IMG/VR virus record: IMGVR_UViG_3300038393_001280
Location: 1 to 33,494 of that record
Direction: 5' to 3' (one strand)
Source: a virus
Lineage: Duplodnaviria > Caudoviricetes
DNA length: 33,494 nucleotides
Shown: positions 8,997 through 16,057 of the stretch, one piece after another
How the letters are laid out: each line of letters begins with the position of its first letter
Position numbering within the stretch: the first letter of the stretch is position 1
Notes under the pieces: generated by a model
Databases searched by the model: none
What the model was told of the DNA's origin: nothing
Seen by the model: only the letters and a program-made list of their open reading frames with translations
Program-made: the position numbers and the translations under genes

Positions 8997-9062
8997 ATGC
9001 GCATCTGCATCGTCCTGCTGCTGGTGCTGCCGGCGCTCGTGCTGCTGTGGGGAGTGATCTGA
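8997..9062 (+). CDS. Unannotated 21-aa transmembrane micropeptide MRICIVLLLVLPALVLLWGVI
   Basis: AGGGG 8984-8988 before ATG 8997 (in-frame GTG 8988 overlaps the upstream stop); its TGA overlaps the endolysin ATG (TGATG); almost entirely hydrophobic. Confidence 0.6.
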   Translation: MRICIVLLLVLPALVLLWGVI

Positions 9063-9574
9063 TGGACTTCGACGCGGCATTCGAGAAGCTGATCGACCCG
9101 TCTCGCGAGGGCGCCGGCCTTTCGCTGGACCCGAAGGACGCCGGCAACTGGACTGGCGGCGAATGCGGAAAGGGCACGCTCAAGGGCTCCAAGATCGGCG
9201 TCAGCGCGCGCAGCTACCCGGGCGAGGACATCGCCGGCCTGACGCTGGAGCGTGCCAAGGCGATCTATCGGCGTGACTTCTGGGGGCCGGCCGGCTGTGA
9301 CGCCGTGCCGCACGGAGTCAAGTTCGACCTGTTCGACATGGCCGTCAACTCCGGGGTGAAGGCGGCCGTCCGGACGCTGCAGCGCGCCGTGGGGGTGGAT
9401 GCTGACGGGATCCTAGGCCCGCAGACGCTGGCGGCGCTGCAGGTCATGCCCACGAGCCGCGCGATCGCCCGGTTCAACGGCGCGCGCCTGCTGTTCATGG
9501 CCGATGCCCCGACCTGGCCGGCGCATGGTCGCGGCTGGGCCCGGCGCGTGGCAACGAACCTGCTGGAGGCTTGA
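9062..9574 (+). CDS. Endolysin, glycoside hydrolase family 108 with peptidoglycan-binding C-terminus
   Basis: MDFDAAF...EG...DPKDAGNWTGG...LFDMAVNSG...LQRAVGVDADGILGPQTL...GRGWARR; GGAG RBS. Confidence 0.9.
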   Translation: MDFDAAFEKLIDPSREGAGLSLDPKDAGNWTGGECGKGTLKGSKIGVSARSYPGEDIAGLTLERAKAIYRRDFWGPAGCDAVPHGVKFDLFDMAVNSGVKAAVRTLQRAVGVDADGILGPQTLAALQVMPTSRAIARFNGARLLFMADAPTWPAHGRGWARRVATNLLEA

Positions 9575-10104
9575 TGGATTGGAAAGACGTAGGCGACTGG
9601 CTAAGGACCAACGCTGGCACGGGTGCAGCCCTGGTGGGCTCGCTTCTAACCGGCAACATACCCGGTGCGGTGGCGGCCGGCGTCTCGCTGGTGTCAAGCG
9701 CCACCGGGCAGGCATCTCCGGATGCCGCCTTGACTCAGCTCCAGAATGACCCGGCCAGTGTGCTCAAGCTGCGCGAGCTCGCCCTGCAGAACGAGGCCAG
9801 CATCCGCGAGCACATCCGCGCGATGACCGAGCTCGAGCTGGCCGACAAGCAGGCCGAGCAGCACGAGACGCAGGAAACGATCCGGGCCGGCGACCGCGCC
9901 GAGGATCGGTTCGTGCGCTGGACCCGCCCGGGGCAATCCTGGGCGAGCCTGGGCGCAGCGTTCGTCTATGTGGCTGCCAAGCAGGATCCGAGTGTGGAGG
10001 TGCTGCTGGCGCTGCTGGCGCTGCCGTGGGCCTATGCCGGCCTGCGCCAGGTGGGCCACTGGGCTGAGACGGTCAGCGCCAAGCGGGCGGCTCCGCAGAA
10101 GTGA
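9574..10104 (+). CDS. Holin-like protein (3TM gene-transfer-release holin type)
   Basis: TGATG coupling to endolysin; glycine-rich N-terminal helix, coiled coil, D.FVRWTRP followed by TM segments and Y.GLR. Confidence 0.7.
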   Translation: MDWKDVGDWLRTNAGTGAALVGSLLTGNIPGAVAAGVSLVSSATGQASPDAALTQLQNDPASVLKLRELALQNEASIREHIRAMTELELADKQAEQHETQETIRAGDRAEDRFVRWTRPGQSWASLGAAFVYVAAKQDPSVEVLLALLALPWAYAGLRQVGHWAETVSAKRAAPQK

Positions 10105-10168
10105 GGATGTCGGCAGCGACCGCCTGAGCTATCCTGCCAGCGCGCTCTACCTCCCTGTGCGATCCTCT

Positions 10169-10207
10169 GCCCCCGGTGCCCGAACAGGGCCCGGGGGCTC
10201 TTTCATT
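10169..10207 (+). terminator. Intrinsic terminator ending the lysis operon
   Basis: GCCCCCGG-T-GCCC-gaaca-GGGC-CCGGGGGC stem followed by TCTTTCATT, between convergent genes. Confidence 0.75.
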
Positions 10208-10866
10208 CAGGACCGCCAGACCCGCCCCTCCTGCCACCCCGGCCTCTTGATCTTGACCCAATCGGCCGACCTCACGCCCGGGTGGTAGGTGCTCGCCCTG
10301 CGCTTGGCGACCACGCCCTCGATCGGCAATCCGGCCTGCACCATCACCCGGAAGACATCGGCATGCGCCGGCAGGTCGTCCACAAATAGCACGTTGTGCG
10401 GGAACCGGGGTGGATCCTCGGGCGGCTCGGCCACCATCAATCCGGCGTCCAGCAACACCAGCTGCAGCAGCGTCTTGCGCACCTCCAGCGGCTGGTGCAT
10501 CACATCCTGGCCGTCGAACACGAGCAGGTCGAATGCGCAGTAGGTGACAGGCGGTGAGCGCCGGCCGATGCGGTTCGCGCGCAGGGCGTGAAAGGTGTTG
10601 AAGTCCGACACGCCGAGCCTGTCCAGCACGCACAGCTCGCCATCCAGAAGGTGTGGACCGCCGTCCAGCCTGGCCAGCCCGTCGACCACATCGGGGTAGC
10701 CTCGGGTGAAGTCCTTGAGGGCCTTGCTGAGAAGCTGGACCTTGCCGCCCTCAATGCGCGCCAGGCAGCGATAGCCGTCGTACTTGATCTCGTACAGCCA
10801 CTCTGGGTCGGTGAACGGCCGGCGCAGCGCATCTGGCGCCTGCATCGGGGCGGGGATGGCGATCAC
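10207..10866 (-). CDS. ATP-dependent DNA ligase, adenylation domain only (LigC/LigD-like, no OB fold)
   Basis: Motifs EIKYDGYR, LDGEL, AFDLL, EGVVAKR, WVKIK; protein ends about 12 aa after WVKIK. Confidence 0.85.
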   Translation of the reverse strand: MIAIPAPMQAPDALRRPFTDPEWLYEIKYDGYRCLARIEGGKVQLLSKALKDFTRGYPDVVDGLARLDGGPHLLDGELCVLDRLGVSDFNTFHALRANRIGRRSPPVTYCAFDLLVFDGQDVMHQPLEVRKTLLQLVLLDAGLMVAEPPEDPPRFPHNVLFVDDLPAHADVFRVMVQAGLPIEGVVAKRRASTYHPGVRSADWVKIKRPGWQEGRVWRS

Positions 10867-10901
10867 CTGGCAGTTATACCGGGGCCGGCTATGCTCTGTG
10901 G

Positions 10902-11123
10902 ATGGGCAACCCTGCCATCAGACCCGAAGACGGCGGCTCCTGCATGGAGTGCCGACACTTCCTGGGCGCGCGCAGCCATCCGGTGCACCGGGTCTGTGTC
11001 GTGTGCGCCAAGGTAGGCGACTTCTACGGCAATGCTGCGGCGGGGTGCAGGTACTGGGAGCGGAGCGACGAGGACCGTCGAAATCCCGAGAACAGGCCCG
11101 CGGGATCCACATCGGCCACGTAG
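10902..11123 (+). CDS. Small Cys-rich putative zinc-binding protein
   Basis: CMECRHF...CVVC...GCRYWER; TATGCT -10-like element 6 nt upstream; divergent from the ligase. Confidence 0.6.
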   Translation: MGNPAIRPEDGGSCMECRHFLGARSHPVHRVCVVCAKVGDFYGNAAAGCRYWERSDEDRRNPENRPAGSTSAT

Positions 11124-11387
11124 GCAAAACAGTAGGCATGATGGGGAAAGCTGAGCCGTAAGCCGCGTCAATCCTCACTTCGTGCCTCCCTCCGTCTCCG
11201 CCAAGCGCAACCCAATTTCCCCCTCCGAACCCCGCTGAGTCAGGCACAATCCCCTGTGTAATCAACGACTTGCGAGGGGTCTCGATCCCCCGAGTCGCAA
11301 CGAACGCAGCGCACTACAGCAGAGTCGCACCGCCGCCGTGACGGCAAGGCTGTAGGTAAGCGCAGAGGGGAACGAGACTTTGCCTAC
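11120..11387. promoter_or_regulatory. attP region: arm-type repeats, core and IHF site
   Basis: GTAGGCA direct repeats at 11120-11126 and 11132-11138, GTAGGTA at 11352-11358, inverted copy at 11381-11387; IHF consensus WATCAANNNNTTR at 11260-11272. Confidence 0.75.
11187..11203 (+). other. att core identical to a tRNA-Ser 3' end (TCCCTCCGTCTCCGCCA)
   Basis: Matches the T-stem 3' side, acceptor stem and GCCA end of betaproteobacterial tRNA-Ser(GCT) as recalled; upstream GGTTCGAA absent, so not a whole tRNA. Confidence 0.8.
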
Positions 11388-12540
11388 AGCCAACACGCTG
11401 ACCGACGCACTGTGCCGCAAGGCGCCGCCGGGAAAGAACTTCGACGGCCACGGCCTGTACCTGCATGTGACGCCCGCCGGCGGCAAGACCTGGCGCATGG
11501 CCTACCGCCTGGAGGGCAAGCCGCAGACGGCGACATTCGGGCCGTACCCGCTCCTGACCCTGGCCGATGCGCGAAAGAAGCGCGACGAGCTGCGCCGGCA
11601 ACTGCTGGACGGCGCTGACCCCCGGCCCAAGGTGCAGAAGAAGACGCCGACGCTGGCCGAGGCGATCGACACCTACTGGGGCGAGAAGCGCAAGGACATC
11701 AGCGACAGCTACCGCGACAATGTGACGCGCGGGCTGGAGCGGCACCTCGAGGGTGAGCTCGGCGAGCGGCCGATCGGCCAGATCACCAAGGACGACCTGC
11801 TGGCGGCCCTGAACAAGATGGACGCCGCCGGCCTGCACGTCTACGTGCGCAAGGTGCGGGTGTGGGTGGGTCAGGTGTTCGACTGGGCCATGGAGCAGGG
11901 CTGGCGCCAGGACAACCCGGCCGCCGCGATCAAGCCAGAGAAGGCCTTTGGCAAGGCCGAGGTGGTGAGCCACGCCGCGCTCGAGCTGGCCGATGTTCCG
12001 GAGTTCATGCGCCGGCTGCACGCCGAGGGGCAGATCCTGTCGGTGCTGGCGGCCAAGATGCTTGCGCTCACCTGGGTCCGCACGGGCGAGCTGCGCATGA
12101 TGGAGTGGAGCGAGATCGAGGGCGACCTGTGGCGCATCCCCAAGGACAAGATGAAGCGCCGCCGGGATCACCTGGTGCCGCTGTCGCGCCAGGCGCTGGC
12201 GCTGCTCGAGCAATTGCGGGCGCGCAGCCGAGGCGAGTACGTTTTCCCGAACGACCGCCGGCCGGATCGCCCGATGTCGGAGAACAGCATCCTGTACCTG
12301 ATCGGGCGCATCGGCTACGGCGGCCAGATGACCGGGCACGGCTTTCGCGCCGTGGGCAGCACCTGGGCCAATGAGCGCGGCTATCAGGCCGACGCCGTGG
12401 AGATGCAGCTGGCCCATGCGCCCAAGGACGAGACCCGGGCGGTCTACAACCGGGCCGCGTACCTAGACGCTCGGCGCGGGATGCTGCAAGCCTGGGCCGA
12501 CTGGATCGACGATGCGTATGCCGGCGGCGTGAAGCGTTGA
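11380..12540 (+). CDS. int: P4-family tyrosine integrase
   Basis: DGHGLYL arm-binding domain, G.YP..TLA.AR, catalytic R (VRTGE), HGFR, LAH, Y (AVYN); TTG start with GAGGGG RBS. Confidence 0.95.
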   Translation: MPTANTLTDALCRKAPPGKNFDGHGLYLHVTPAGGKTWRMAYRLEGKPQTATFGPYPLLTLADARKKRDELRRQLLDGADPRPKVQKKTPTLAEAIDTYWGEKRKDISDSYRDNVTRGLERHLEGELGERPIGQITKDDLLAALNKMDAAGLHVYVRKVRVWVGQVFDWAMEQGWRQDNPAAAIKPEKAFGKAEVVSHAALELADVPEFMRRLHAEGQILSVLAAKMLALTWVRTGELRMMEWSEIEGDLWRIPKDKMKRRRDHLVPLSRQALALLEQLRARSRGEYVFPNDRRPDRPMSENSILYLIGRIGYGGQMTGHGFRAVGSTWANERGYQADAVEMQLAHAPKDETRAVYNRAAYLDARRGMLQAWADWIDDAYAGGVKR

Positions 12541-12711
12541 CAGCCGCCAGCCCTTCGTGCGCTGGCTGAGGTCAACGTCCGGCTCCGGCAGCTTGCCGTC
12601 GCGCAGGCAGCGGCGCAGCCACTCACTGCTGCGGCCCAGGGCCTTGCACAGCTCGGCGCGGTAGATCACGCGATCGATAGCCGCAGCCTGAATTGCGCTG
12701 TGGTCGCTCAT
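12463..12711 (-). CDS. AlpA/excisionase-like DNA-binding protein
   Basis: IYRAELCKALGRS.EWLRR..RDGKLPEPD...GW pattern; convergent with int and overlapping its 3' end by 78 nt. Confidence 0.75.
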   Translation of the reverse strand: MSDHSAIQAAAIDRVIYRAELCKALGRSSEWLRRCLRDGKLPEPDVDLSQRTKGWRLSTLHAAGIRIVDPVGPGLQHPAPSV

Positions 12712-12779
12712 GTTCTTCCTCTAGATGGATAGCGCAAACGTGCAGACGTCTGCGGCCTTGATTCGATTGGGGGAGGGCA

Positions 12780-13286
12780 TCAGCTTTCCCATGCGAGTGC
12801 GACCGGCGCAGCTGGCTTGGCGCGAGCCTCGCTGCAGTCGTATGGGTTGATGGAGAAGATCCCGCACAGCTTGATGAACGGATGCCACGTCAGGCCGTCC
12901 TCGTGCTGCGTCTTGACGAACTGCGGCATCTGCTCGGGCAGCATGTCGCCGTCGTCGTCCACGATGGCGTAGTGCGTAACCTCGACGTGATCGCCCAGCC
13001 AGTGCGCGATCTCCTTGCCGCGCGGGCCGAGCAGGCTGGGAGTGCGGTCGATGATCGGCAGGCCCAGCGCCGGGCCGATCTTGCGCCAGTCAGGATCCAG
13101 CCGCCACGTCGAGGACAGGACAACCTTGATGTCTCCGGCCTTGCACAGCCCGCGAAGCAGCGCCACGGCGATCATGTCGAACATGGCAAGGCCGCCGGGC
13201 GTCACGTCGTGCGGGTAGCCGTTGAGGGCGACGACGGAGCGGTGGCTGTTGAGCACTCCGTCGATGTCCAGGAACAGGACTCGCAT
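12780..13286 (-). CDS. HAD-superfamily phosphatase (Swiss-army-knife RNA-repair HAD type)
   Basis: FLDIDGVLN, VVLSSTWR, RGKEI..WL, YAIVDDD motifs. Confidence 0.85.
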   Translation of the reverse strand: MRVLFLDIDGVLNSHRSVVALNGYPHDVTPGGLAMFDMIAVALLRGLCKAGDIKVVLSSTWRLDPDWRKIGPALGLPIIDRTPSLLGPRGKEIAHWLGDHVEVTHYAIVDDDGDMLPEQMPQFVKTQHEDGLTWHPFIKLCGIFSINPYDCSEARAKPAAPVALAWES

Positions 13287-13582
13287 CAGCTTTCCTTCCC
13301 AGCGCGACGAATGGCTGAAATGCGGAGCGCGTGAATCGCCTCGTCAGGCAGCCGCAGGTAGATCCCGTCATGCACGAAGCCGACGAAGGCGCGCATGTCG
13401 TCCTCCTGCTTGCCGGTGGCCTTGTCAACCATGGCTTCGATGGGCGAGCGCTTGGCCGTGAGGGATGCCCCATAGAGCCTGTCGAGCTGCTCGATCAGCT
13501 CCGGTGTCTCAATGGCCTCTTGCAGGCAGGCCATGAAGGCCGGATCGGCGTAGGCCATGGGCAGCGGCAGTCGGACGCTCAT
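13286..13582 (-). CDS. Hypothetical phage protein
   Basis: ATGA and TGATG coupling to neighbours; true start MSVRLP at 13582. Confidence 0.65.
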   Translation of the reverse strand: MSVRLPLPMAYADPAFMACLQEAIETPELIEQLDRLYGASLTAKRSPIEAMVDKATGKQEDDMRAFVGFVHDGIYLRLPDEAIHALRISAIRRAGKES

Positions 13583-13830
13583 TCCTGTGCTCCCAGCTTG
13601 CGAATAGCAGCGGCGACCTGATCCGGCGGAAAGTGGTCGCACTTCACCTCCGCGATCACCGCTGCTTCCTCCAGTGCCTGAGAGCGGGATGCGGTCCACA
13701 CATCGCGAGCGAACGCGAGAAGGTGTGCGCGGTCCTCGCCGACCACGAGGTTGAGGCTGTGCGGTGCCATCAGCACGGTCAGGTGCATTTCCGAGCCTGG
13801 CTCGATCTTCGATGCCTTGTTGTCGCTCAT
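13579..13830 (-). CDS. Hypothetical phage protein (ALEEAA...AAAIR module)
   Basis: Coupled start at 13830; ALEEAA..AE and AAAIRKL motifs typical of lambdoid early ORFs. Confidence 0.65.
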   Translation of the reverse strand: MSDNKASKIEPGSEMHLTVLMAPHSLNLVVGEDRAHLLAFARDVWTASRSQALEEAAVIAEVKCDHFPPDQVAAAIRKLGAQE

Positions 13831-14324
13831 TTCCCTTGTTCTCCCAGAGCAGCCAGAGAGGTGCGGAACGCATCCCATGCGTCGCGATTCGCCCCCTTCA
13901 TTGCTTCGCGTGCCTTCTCTGCCACGTCCAGAAGCGCCAGCGCGGTTGCTGGCGTGAATGCGCAGCAGAAGTCCCGGTTGGCCTCCCAGTTGTTGGAGTC
14001 GCGCGGGTGCGTTCCGCTGTAGCCCTCGTCGGCCTTGCTTGCCAGCTCGCGCAGCTTGTTGATGTCCATCATTCCTCCCCCCCTGCTGCGCTCAATGGCG
14101 GCGCTATCTGGGCGCTGCTCCAGTTGCCGGGGGCTCATGCGGCCTCCAGCCGCGAGACGGTCAATGGCGCGTGCGATGCTGTCCAGCACCTGTAGTTGCT
14201 GCACGCTAGCGACTCGCCAATCAATATGCCTCTCGTGGTCGATCTCGGGGCCGTACTTCATACGCGGGCCTCTGCTGCGAGCCTTCATGACATTGAAGCG
14301 GCGCACCTGCAACTCGGACTTCAT
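13827..14324 (-). CDS. In-frame fusion of a hypothetical ORF and an Ead/Ea22-like protein (internal start near 14069-14072)
   Basis: Start MKSELQ at 14324; internal GGAGG-A-ATGATG; distal part MDINKLRELASKA...PATALALLD. Confidence 0.6.
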   Translation of the reverse strand: MKSELQVRRFNVMKARSRGPRMKYGPEIDHERHIDWRVASVQQLQVLDSIARAIDRLAAGGRMSPRQLEQRPDSAAIERSRGGGMMDINKLRELASKADEGYSGTHPRDSNNWEANRDFCCAFTPATALALLDVAEKAREAMKGANRDAWDAFRTSLAALGEQGK

Positions 14325-14836
14325 GCGTTTCTCCCCAACGCCGTGGCTGCAACGCCTTGCCGGGGTTTCATGAACACCATCCAGTGCGTGCCGGACTTGC
14401 GGCCGGTGGTGTTGCCGAACAGCGGGCGAATCGGCGCCAACTCGAGCACCTGGCGCACGCTCACCTGTGTTTCGTTCCACTTGAACACCAGCACACCGTC
14501 GGTGGACAGCACGCGGAAGCATTCGGCGAACCCTTGTCGAATGTCGTCGCGCCAGCCATCACGGCTCAGCTTCCCGTACTTGGCGGCCAGCCAACTCTTT
14601 GGGCCAGCCGTGTGAAGGTGCGGCGGGTCGAACACCACCAGCTTGAACGTCCCTTCGGCAAACGGCAGCTTGCGAAAGTCCAGCTTCACGTCCGGCTCTA
14701 CTCGCAGGACGCGCCCATCGCATAGCGTCTGCTCGGTGCTGCGCAGGTCGCCGAATACCACCTGCGGGTTCTCGCGGTCGAACCAGAACATCCGGCTGCC
14801 GCAGCACGGGTCAAGAATCAGTTGCAGCCCCGTCAT
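14321..14836 (-). CDS. Class I SAM-dependent methyltransferase (phage DNA MTase-like)
   Basis: ILDPCCGSRMFWF, VVFDPPH, G.LVFKWNE motifs; start MTGLQL at 14836. Confidence 0.85.
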   Translation of the reverse strand: MTGLQLILDPCCGSRMFWFDRENPQVVFGDLRSTEQTLCDGRVLRVEPDVKLDFRKLPFAEGTFKLVVFDPPHLHTAGPKSWLAAKYGKLSRDGWRDDIRQGFAECFRVLSTDGVLVFKWNETQVSVRQVLELAPIRPLFGNTTGRKSGTHWMVFMKPRQGVAATALGRNA

Positions 14837-14988
14837 TTCCTGTCCATTCCATCTTGGGCATCCTGGCTGCCAGCAAGGTAGCCTTTGGCCCCGCAGTTGT
14901 CGCAATGCACCTGCGACCAGCCGCCGTGATGCCCGACATGCGCGTGGCTGTAGCTCTTGCAAAAGGGGCAAGGTCCGATCTCGGCCAT
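14833..14988 (-). CDS. Lar-like (restriction alleviation) zinc-ribbon protein, 51 aa, absent from ORF track
   Basis: MAEIGPCPFCK...VHCDNCGAKG; TAATG and ATGA coupling on both sides. Confidence 0.65.
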   Translation of the reverse strand: MAEIGPCPFCKSYSHAHVGHHGGWSQVHCDNCGAKGYLAGSQDAQDGMDRK

Positions 14989-15644
14989 TACTTCATCTCC
15001 TCGTTGTTGGTGGATAGCCCGCCCTGCACCTGGGAGCGCAGAAGGGCGAGGGCTTCCGTCGTCAGGTCAATGGCGGCGACGCAATCGGTGTAGACAGAAG
15101 GAGGCCCGAACACTCCGTCGTCGCCGATGTAGTCGCGGGCATGCTCCATCGCGATCTGTGCCTGTCGCAGTGCCTCCATCACCTTCCCCTCCTGCGGGAT
15201 GGGAGGGTGGGTGTAGAGCGGCGTTGCCTCACGGCCAAGCTCAAGCGCCAGCATGGTGCTCATGTCCGGGTCCTGTTCGGGCGGCACGAACGAGCATTCC
15301 TTGCTGCCGTCCGGGTTCGTCCACAGCCACGCCACTGGCTGTGCATCCTGAGACTGCGCCACGCCATGCCGAGCCAGCCTCAACGCATCTTCTGGCGACT
15401 CTCCGGCTCGCTCCAGAATGCCTGCAACGTTGCGCGTGGTCTGGTCGTCTGGCTGGGTGGAGGACACCAGCTTGCCGATGGCTGCGAGAAGGGCGGCTTT
15501 GGCCTCGGCGACCTGCTCATCACGCAGACGTTCGACGGCCGGCTTGTCCAGAGTGGCTGCAATGCCGGCATGCTGGGCGCGAGCTAGAGCGGCATTCAGC
15601 AGCCGCTCGAGGTCCTTCGTGGCTTCGTTGGGGGTGGGGTTCAT
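14988..15644 (-). CDS. Modular hypothetical protein (PVAW...PLY module)
   Basis: Start MNPTPN at 15644; QPVAWL...TPLYTHP motif of Eaa-like early proteins. Confidence 0.65.
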   Translation of the reverse strand: MNPTPNEATKDLERLLNAALARAQHAGIAATLDKPAVERLRDEQVAEAKAALLAAIGKLVSSTQPDDQTTRNVAGILERAGESPEDALRLARHGVAQSQDAQPVAWLWTNPDGSKECSFVPPEQDPDMSTMLALELGREATPLYTHPPIPQEGKVMEALRQAQIAMEHARDYIGDDGVFGPPSVYTDCVAAIDLTTEALALLRSQVQGGLSTNNEEMK

Positions 15645-16057
15645 GGCTGGCTCCGTAGTTCCGCCACGTTCGGATAGATGCCCATGGCCCTTTCCAGTTC
15701 GACGCACAGGTTCTGGCAAACCGCCATCGGGTCAAGGCGGTCCAAATCAAAGCCGTACAGGTCGTTCTCGCAAAGCGCAGCGGCCTCACCCTTGCCGGCC
15801 TCCTCGTAGAGCGCTTTCATCTTGGACTTGAGCGCGGCGTCCTCGGTCGGGAAGAACTCGCCGCCGGTGGACAGCAGCACCGCACGAATGAAGCAGTCGC
15901 GCACGTCGCGGAAGGTCAGGCCGCGCACTTCTGTTGCACCGCGCTGACCGGTGCTGGTATGGGGTTGGCCGTTGTAGGGACGCGCCCGCCTCATGTTGTG
16001 ATCGTTGAAGCCCAGGTCATGCTCGATCTGATCCCAGAGTCGGTCCAGTCCGCTCAT
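15641..16057 (-). CDS. Hypothetical phage protein
   Basis: Coupled start MSGLDR at 16057; globular sequence ending MGIYPN. Confidence 0.65.
   Translation of the reverse strand: MSGLDRLWDQIEHDLGFNDHNMRRARPYNGQPHTSTGQRGATEVRGLTFRDVRDCFIRAVLLSTGGEFFPTEDAALKSKMKALYEEAGKGEAAALCENDLYGFDLDRLDPMAVCQNLCVELERAMGIYPNVAELRSQP

Noticed and set aside
10867-10882. LexA (SOS) box upstream of the ligase
   Set aside because: CTGG-N8-CCGG deviates from CTGT-N8-ACAG in both half-sites; too weak to call
11160-11203. Complete tRNA gene
   Set aside because: Only the last 17 nt resemble a tRNA; no T-loop GGTTCGAA, anticodon arm or D arm, so treated as att core
11314-12417. Long antisense/alternate-frame ORFs (also 527-1537, 4171-5283, 6349-7503, 19519-20658, 32177-33484)
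   Set aside because: Shadow ORFs expected from high GC3 codon bias opposite well-supported genes; no motifs or RBS
12721-12780. 19-codon ORF MPSPNRIKAADVCTFALSI between HAD and xis-like genes (minus strand)
   Set aside because: TGATG-coupled but too short and featureless to support
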